Assembly (NCBI GenBank): GCA_964016885.1
Contig: OZ024748.1
Coordinates: 36,766,001 to 36,830,000, forward strand
DNA: 64,000 nt
Direction: 5' to 3'
Source of the DNA: Eledone cirrhosa
Lineage: Eukaryota
Shown here: positions 57,951-64,000 of the stretch, piece by piece
Position numbering within the stretch: the first letter of the stretch is position 1
Layout: the number at the start of each line of letters is the position of its first letter
Notes under the pieces: model-generated
Database searches by the model: none
What the model saw: only the letters and a program-made list of their open reading frames with translations
What the model was told of the DNA's origin: nothing
Position numbers and translations under genes: made by a program

Positions 57951-60900
57951 CTGTCTGAGATTGAAGAAGTTGTGTACCAGTCGAGCTGGTAAGTTTTTGT
58001 CTTTTTACATATAAATAACAAAAATTATTGTTTAGAAAATATACCACTGTATAGATTGACCCTCCAACTAAATTGTCAGTGGGTGGGACATTGAAATTTT
58101 CATAAAAATTAATAACAAATTGTTTTAAGTATGAATGATAAAATTGAAGCGCTTCCCGCCATAAATGGAAATGGGAGCGTTGAAATGAATGTCACTATGG
58201 CAACAGGGAGTAGTGACCGCGAAAAATCACACCAAAACAAAAGTATGGAAACACATACGACACAAAAAATAATTGAACAAGAAAAAAACACAACTTCACA
58301 AATGAACTCCACAACCACAAATCAAGCAATTGAGAACAACAAAAAACAACAACAACAACAACAGCAACCATAAAAAATCTTTTGCCACAATAAGCAAAGG
58401 AACTTTTACAAATATTGATATTTCCAATGCGAAGGAAATGATCAATGAAGGAAAAAATATATTACCTTCGAGGAAAAAGGGGGATTTAAAATAACCTCTC
58501 CGCCACAAGTCAAAGCCGACACTATACGAAGGACTGTGACTTTTCGCACGATTTTTCCTTACTCTAGGTGAAATTGAAATCGGCAATGCCGGAAATAGGC
58601 AATGCCGGAAATACAATACATACAAAGGGCTAAACTGTATGGAAGCATTTCGGTGCTCTTCAAAAGTGAGGCCCTTGCGAAAAAACACTCAGTGACTCCG
58701 GTCACCTCTGCCATAAAGAATAAACATCACCAATATACCACCCAACACTAACATCTGGTGGATTCTGGCAGGTTTCTTGGAGGAAGATGAAGACACAATA
58801 CTGTCGATTCAAAAATCCACAAGAAACACCTGGAACGGCACAAGCTTGGAAATTTTGGTCCAAATGAAACCGGACAGAATTTCCAAGATACCAGAAAGGG
58901 TGCCTGTAGACGATACCAATTACATTCACATTTCGGCAGATGGAGGGAGGCCACATTGTTTTAAATGCGCGAGCACATCGCATTTAAAGGCATCCTGTCT
59001 CCTCTTACGAACCCCCCCCCCCCCAAAAAAAAAGTATTTTTACCAACACCAACTCTAAAACCACCACCACAACAACAACAACACAAAACAAGCAAACACA
59101 CAAAAACAAACAACTTTTGAACCACAAACAACAGAAAAAACACAAACAATTCCCCTGAAAAACACAGTCCAACCCCATCCCACTCCATCCAACACTACCA
59201 CAATCACACACACAAACACACCATCACCACACAATATACCCCTCCCATATGCCCCTGATGACGATTCATCACCAGACGAGGCTACTTCTCCATCCCCAAG
59301 TGAAGATGAAGGAGGGCCTCGTAAATCAAAAAAACAAAAAAAGAGACACCACAAAGCCACAAAAACAACAATCACCAACACAAACACACAACCACCAACA
59401 CAATAACAGCACAAACACCACCACAATCACCCCCCCCCCTACCAGCAAAACAAACACCAACACCACCCTAAACACATATGCCCACCTTAAAAAGAAACCT
59501 ACAAAATGAACAACAACCCTCCCCCCGTCCTGAAAACAAAACCACGACATCACTCCAAACACAAACACCTACAACAAAACGAAAGCTCACACAAGAACAA
59601 CAGACAAAAACCACCGCAACACAACAAGAACATTACACATACATAAACAGTGAAAACAAAACTTTAATGGAGGTCATCTCAAACGATCCTTCGGTTTTCA
59701 CCGAAGGGAAAACTTTTTCTAACTGTGCAGACAGACCTAATTTAAAGATGATTAGGGTCCCTACGGACACCTATAAGTCTTTAAAGGAAAACTTTCCTAA
59801 GGACGTGGGTAATCCTTGTGTTAAACCCATTAATCGCGCCCTTTTAAAACGTTTCCCCACCCTCACCCCAGACACCCCCACCCCACCCTCACCCCAGACA
59901 CCCCCACCCCACCCTCACCCCAGACACCCCCACCCCACGAGATACCCCTCCCCACCAAACATCTTCGTCCCCACCCCGTCAGACACCACCACCCTACCAA
60001 ACACACCCTCTAACACCCCCATGGACATTATGCAGCCTGGTCTCCAGGAAGCAAGGAGGTGAGTGAATTCTTTCCTCTTCTTTTCTAACTCTTCCTCACC
60101 GACATGGCGAATGTAAGAGTCGGTTGTGTGAATGTGCGCGGCCTGGGGATGCCCTGGAAACAGGGCAAACTCCTAAACGACCTCAGGTCGCACAGTATGG
60201 ATGTAATTGCCATCTGCGAGTCCAGGATCCACAGCGAGCGACAGCTGGCACCTATCTTCGAGGACTATGAGATCTACGCATCTCTATGTCAGCCGGGAGG
60301 TGGGGGCGGGGTTGCCGTTTTGCTGAGGAAACACCTGGGCCTCGTAACACAGACGATACATCTGGACCCGGAGTGTCGACTGATGATCCTAGACGTTGAC
60401 GATAGTGAAGGAGGAGCCTTCAAGCTGGTGAACGCATATGCCCCATCCGGGACTCCGCGGCCAGACTTCTTCAAGCATCTAGAGACTTTTCTGGGAACGT
60501 CCCGCTCCTTGCTTTTAGTGAGGGACTGGAATGGAATCCTAGATGCACGTTGGGACTCTGTGGGAGCATGTCCCGATAAAGGGAGGTGTAACAGCCTCAA
60601 ACAGTTAATCGGCCGATTTAACCTGGCCGATAGATATCGACTAGATTTTCCGACTGTGTCACTGTGGACGTGGTCTAATCGCAGCGGAACATCTAGATCG
60701 TACCTAGATAGGGGTCTAGTTAGAAAGAAGGATAGGGACATGTTAAGCTGTCCACAAATGTTCATGGTTGCCTATTCAGATCACAAATTAGTGACCTGCT
60801 TAGTCAACCTTGACAAAACCCATAGACAGGGACCCGGCAACTGGAAGCTGAACTTGTCGTTACCGACATGCAAAGCCTACAGAAGACGGATTGGCACTTT

Positions 60901-63765
60901 AGTTAAGAAGCACTTGACGGGGGCCATTGTCAACAACAGATGGTGGTACTCTCTCAAGAGGGCAATTAGATTAGGCTGGATAGGTTTTAGTAAAGAATTA
61001 GCGTTAGTTAGAAATAAGACCGAAAAGGAACTGGTAGATAAAGTAGAAGAGGCACTTAGGAGTGGAAACGTAGCCAGCGTGCTAGGGACGGAACGGCCTT
61101 GGACCAGTTCTTCGGCGCAAAGCATGAAGGCTGCGTTGTCAGAAGCAAAATACGTGCTCTGGGAAACGAGGGAGCCAAAGCTGTTAGCTCGGCCCGAGTG
61201 ACGGAGGCGAAAAATGGCAACAAGTCCACGATTCGGTCTTTGAAGGACCAAGACGGACGCGTGATACGTAAGCCGAAGCAGATGTGCACGGCCTTTCAGC
61301 GGCACTTTGCTCAACTGTTCGGGAAGGGCGGCGCGCCGGGAGGGGCTATGGGTTTCGGTCCATACCTCGACGGCCTGCCGCGGCTCTCGGACAGCGAGGC
61401 GAAGTTCTGAGAAAGGCCGATTTCAGCCTCTGAGATAAGGGACGAGCTGAGCCAATGCGGCAAACGCAAATCTCCATGTCTCGACGGTCTACCCTACGAA
61501 TTTTACGTAGCAATGCCGGACTTGTTCTCTGTTCTCCTGGAAGCGGTCTATTCTACTGGCAGCAGAACGGGAGAATTCCCAGTTCTGTGACCAAGGGCGT
61601 AGTCACTAGTCAGGAAGGACGAGAATAAGGAGGATGACATAGCCAACTTCCGGCCCATAACTCTGCTAAACACAGAGTTACAGATTTTGGCCAAGGTGTT
61701 GGCAAAGAGGCTGGTGCTTGTCGTCGAAAACCTGGTGGGAGAAGCGCAGACATGCGCAATCCTAACCAGGTCCATACACGACAACGCCCACCTCATGCGA
61801 TACATCGTAGAGAGGGTAGGGTTTAAACCCGGCTTCGGTGGGGCCCTGATCAACTTGGATCAGTCTAAGGCATTCGATAGGGTTGACCATCGTTACCTGG
61901 ATGCGGTGCTCGAGGCGGCAGGCTTCGGACCCGTGTTCAGGGGCTGGATTGCTGCAATGCACAACAGCAACATCTGCTCAATGGTCAAGGTGAACGGCTA
62001 CCTCTCGGAACCGTTCCATACCGCGCGATCCATCCAGCAGGGATGCCCTCTCTCCTCCCTTCTGTACCTATTGACTCTCGAGCCACTACTGCGGAAGTTG
62101 GAGCTATTGCATGGCATCTCTCTGGAACCGGGACTGCGGAAAGCGGCGTCGGCCTACGCTGACGACGTGACAGTAATGGTGTCGAGCACCTCGCAAATCG
62201 AGGAAGTCGGCACCCTACTAAAGAAATACGAAAGATTCACAGGAGCGAAGCTGAACCGGGACAAGTCCATCGGTTTGCAACTCGGATCGTGGAGAGGCAG
62301 ACCGATGCCTTCCGATGGCGTCGTCGGACGCTGGACGGAAGGACCGGTGAAGCTGCTCGGGGTCTAGTTTGGTCCGGACTTCAAGGTGGAGAAGAACTGG
62401 AACGAGGTGACGGCCAAGGTGTTTGCACTCACCCAGAAGTGGTCCGAGTGCAAACTATCCTTGAAAGGTCGAGCGGAGGTGGCGAACACTTTTATAGCGT
62501 CCGTCATCTACTACCGCTTGACCGTCGTGCTCACCAAAATGGAGCGCGCGTTCTTCCAATTCCTTTGGAAGAAGCGAGCGCCTTTGCTGAGAAGATCCAT
62601 CTGCTGCCAACACCCTTCCAACTGAGGGCTGGGGATGGCGTGGCTGACGATGCGCAAACACGCGCTCAGGCTGCGGCACCTCCACGTATTTCTTATCGGA
62701 CAACCGGCGTGGGCCCCGTTCGTGAGGCGAGCCTTGCCACGACTCGTCTCGCTGACGGAGCTTCAGTGCTGGGACAAGCAAAGACCGGGGAAAATGGACG
62801 ACTGGCACATCGAATGTGCTCAGGCGCTCACAGCCCTCTGGCAGGCGGACCCGGCGATCAGTGGAGACTCCACTCCGTCATTCTATAGAGGGTTGGTTTG
62901 CAGCAAGTGCGACGAGGCGCTCGGAGAAACTCTAGGCGTAGAGGAAGACGAACTGGCCAGTCTGTTCGGGAGGACCTTCCGTCCGGGACCGATGGACAAC
63001 TTCCAAAAGTCCCTGGCAGTGCTACCGAGGAGCTCTACCAGTTCGAGACAAGCTCTACAGACATTCGCGCTCGGGCAGGGACCCCTCGAAAAAGATCTGT
63101 CCGAGATGCCTGCAAGACGAAGAAACCGTCGCGTACGCATTTGTACACTGCCCGGGCGTTACCGACCTGTGGGGCTATGTAGAACGACTATTGTTGCGGG
63201 TGGGACCAATCCGGTTGACCACCGAGTCCATCGTCATGATCAAACCGCCACCCTCCTTCAAAAACGAAGAAGAGGTGGTTTTCCTTTGTGTGATTGCTAT
63301 GGCAAAAGAGGTTGTATGGTGGACGAGGTTAAAAGGGCTGAGGTCAGATACCTTTCTCTCCGGCCAACAACTGACTCTTTTTTTCAAATACCACTTTAGA
63401 AGAAGAGTCAGGATGGAGAGAGAGGTGCTGTACCCCAGCAAGTTTTATGAAAGGTGGGTGAAAGTGGCGAGAATGGCCTGAGTGAATGGGCCTTCTCTCT
63501 ATATCAGCCTGTAGGTTGAGCAAAAAGAGGAAGAGAGGAAAGGGGTACTCACTCTTCGTACTCCTGGAGATGAGGGTTGCTCATTTTATCGGGTGTATGT
63601 GTTACCCATATGTAATGTCTCCCCCTATTGGGGAAAATCGACTAATTTTTTAAATTGCATTTGTGATAATATTTTACACGTTTTTATTGTATGTAAACTT
63701 CCTCCTTTGTATTTGTCCCCTTCTTTTGTGCCCCTGTGGCTAATAAAGAAACATATCTATCTATC
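57951..63765 (+). mobile_element. Tx1/L1-clade LINE copy 2, near full length, decayed
   Basis: ORF1 from 58131 with CCHC knuckle [14 protein letters not shown]; ORF2 from 60104 (APE; RT QGCPLS, YADD at ~62155; C-terminal Cys motif); AATAAA then TATC x3; stops and frameshifts. Confidence 0.94.
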
Positions 63766-64000
63766 ACATTACACATACATAAAAACAACAAAGAACTGGT
63801 GGAAACTCTCCGAAAGGACCCCACAATCCAAACGGAAGGGAAAATTTTCCCCACCCCAAACCGTAAACTAATCAGGGTAACAACCATACAATACGAAACA
63901 ATAAAATGGAACTTCCCACATCATGTGGGCGCCCCTTGCCAAAATGCCAAAAAAACCTAAACCGTGTCCTGCTAAAAGGATGCCCCCCCCCCCCCAACAC
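63766..64000 (+). mobile_element. Tx1 LINE copy 3, 5'-truncated within the ORF1 C-terminus, runs off the window
   Basis: Homologous to 59630-59860 and 17290-17510 (DP...TEGK.F...VG.PC). Confidence 0.8.

Overview
AT-rich, microsatellite-laden eukaryotic DNA; the SINE and repeat content suggests an octopus or other cephalopod (inference). Contents: (1) an 11.1-kb 38-bp satellite with higher-order structure; (2) the last seven coding exons (12908-30774, +) of an SLC3A1/rBAT-like GH13 protein with all three catalytic residues substituted; (3) several Penelope-like elements (PLEs) with inverted pseudo-LTRs, plus many short non-autonomous palindromic or retrozyme-like elements carrying type I hammerhead ribozymes (HHRs), mostly inserted in (TA)n; (4) four pieces of a Tx1/L1-clade LINE, each following (TATC)n-like sequence, three of them head-to-tail; (5) a CRE-like RLE retrotransposon fragment; (6) one PAN/Apple-domain exon on the minus strand; (7) tRNA-derived SINEs, a 200-N gap and about 10.8 kb of degenerate (TA)n. 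Most ORFs in the supplied track are microsatellite artefacts. All alignments and folds were done by eye.
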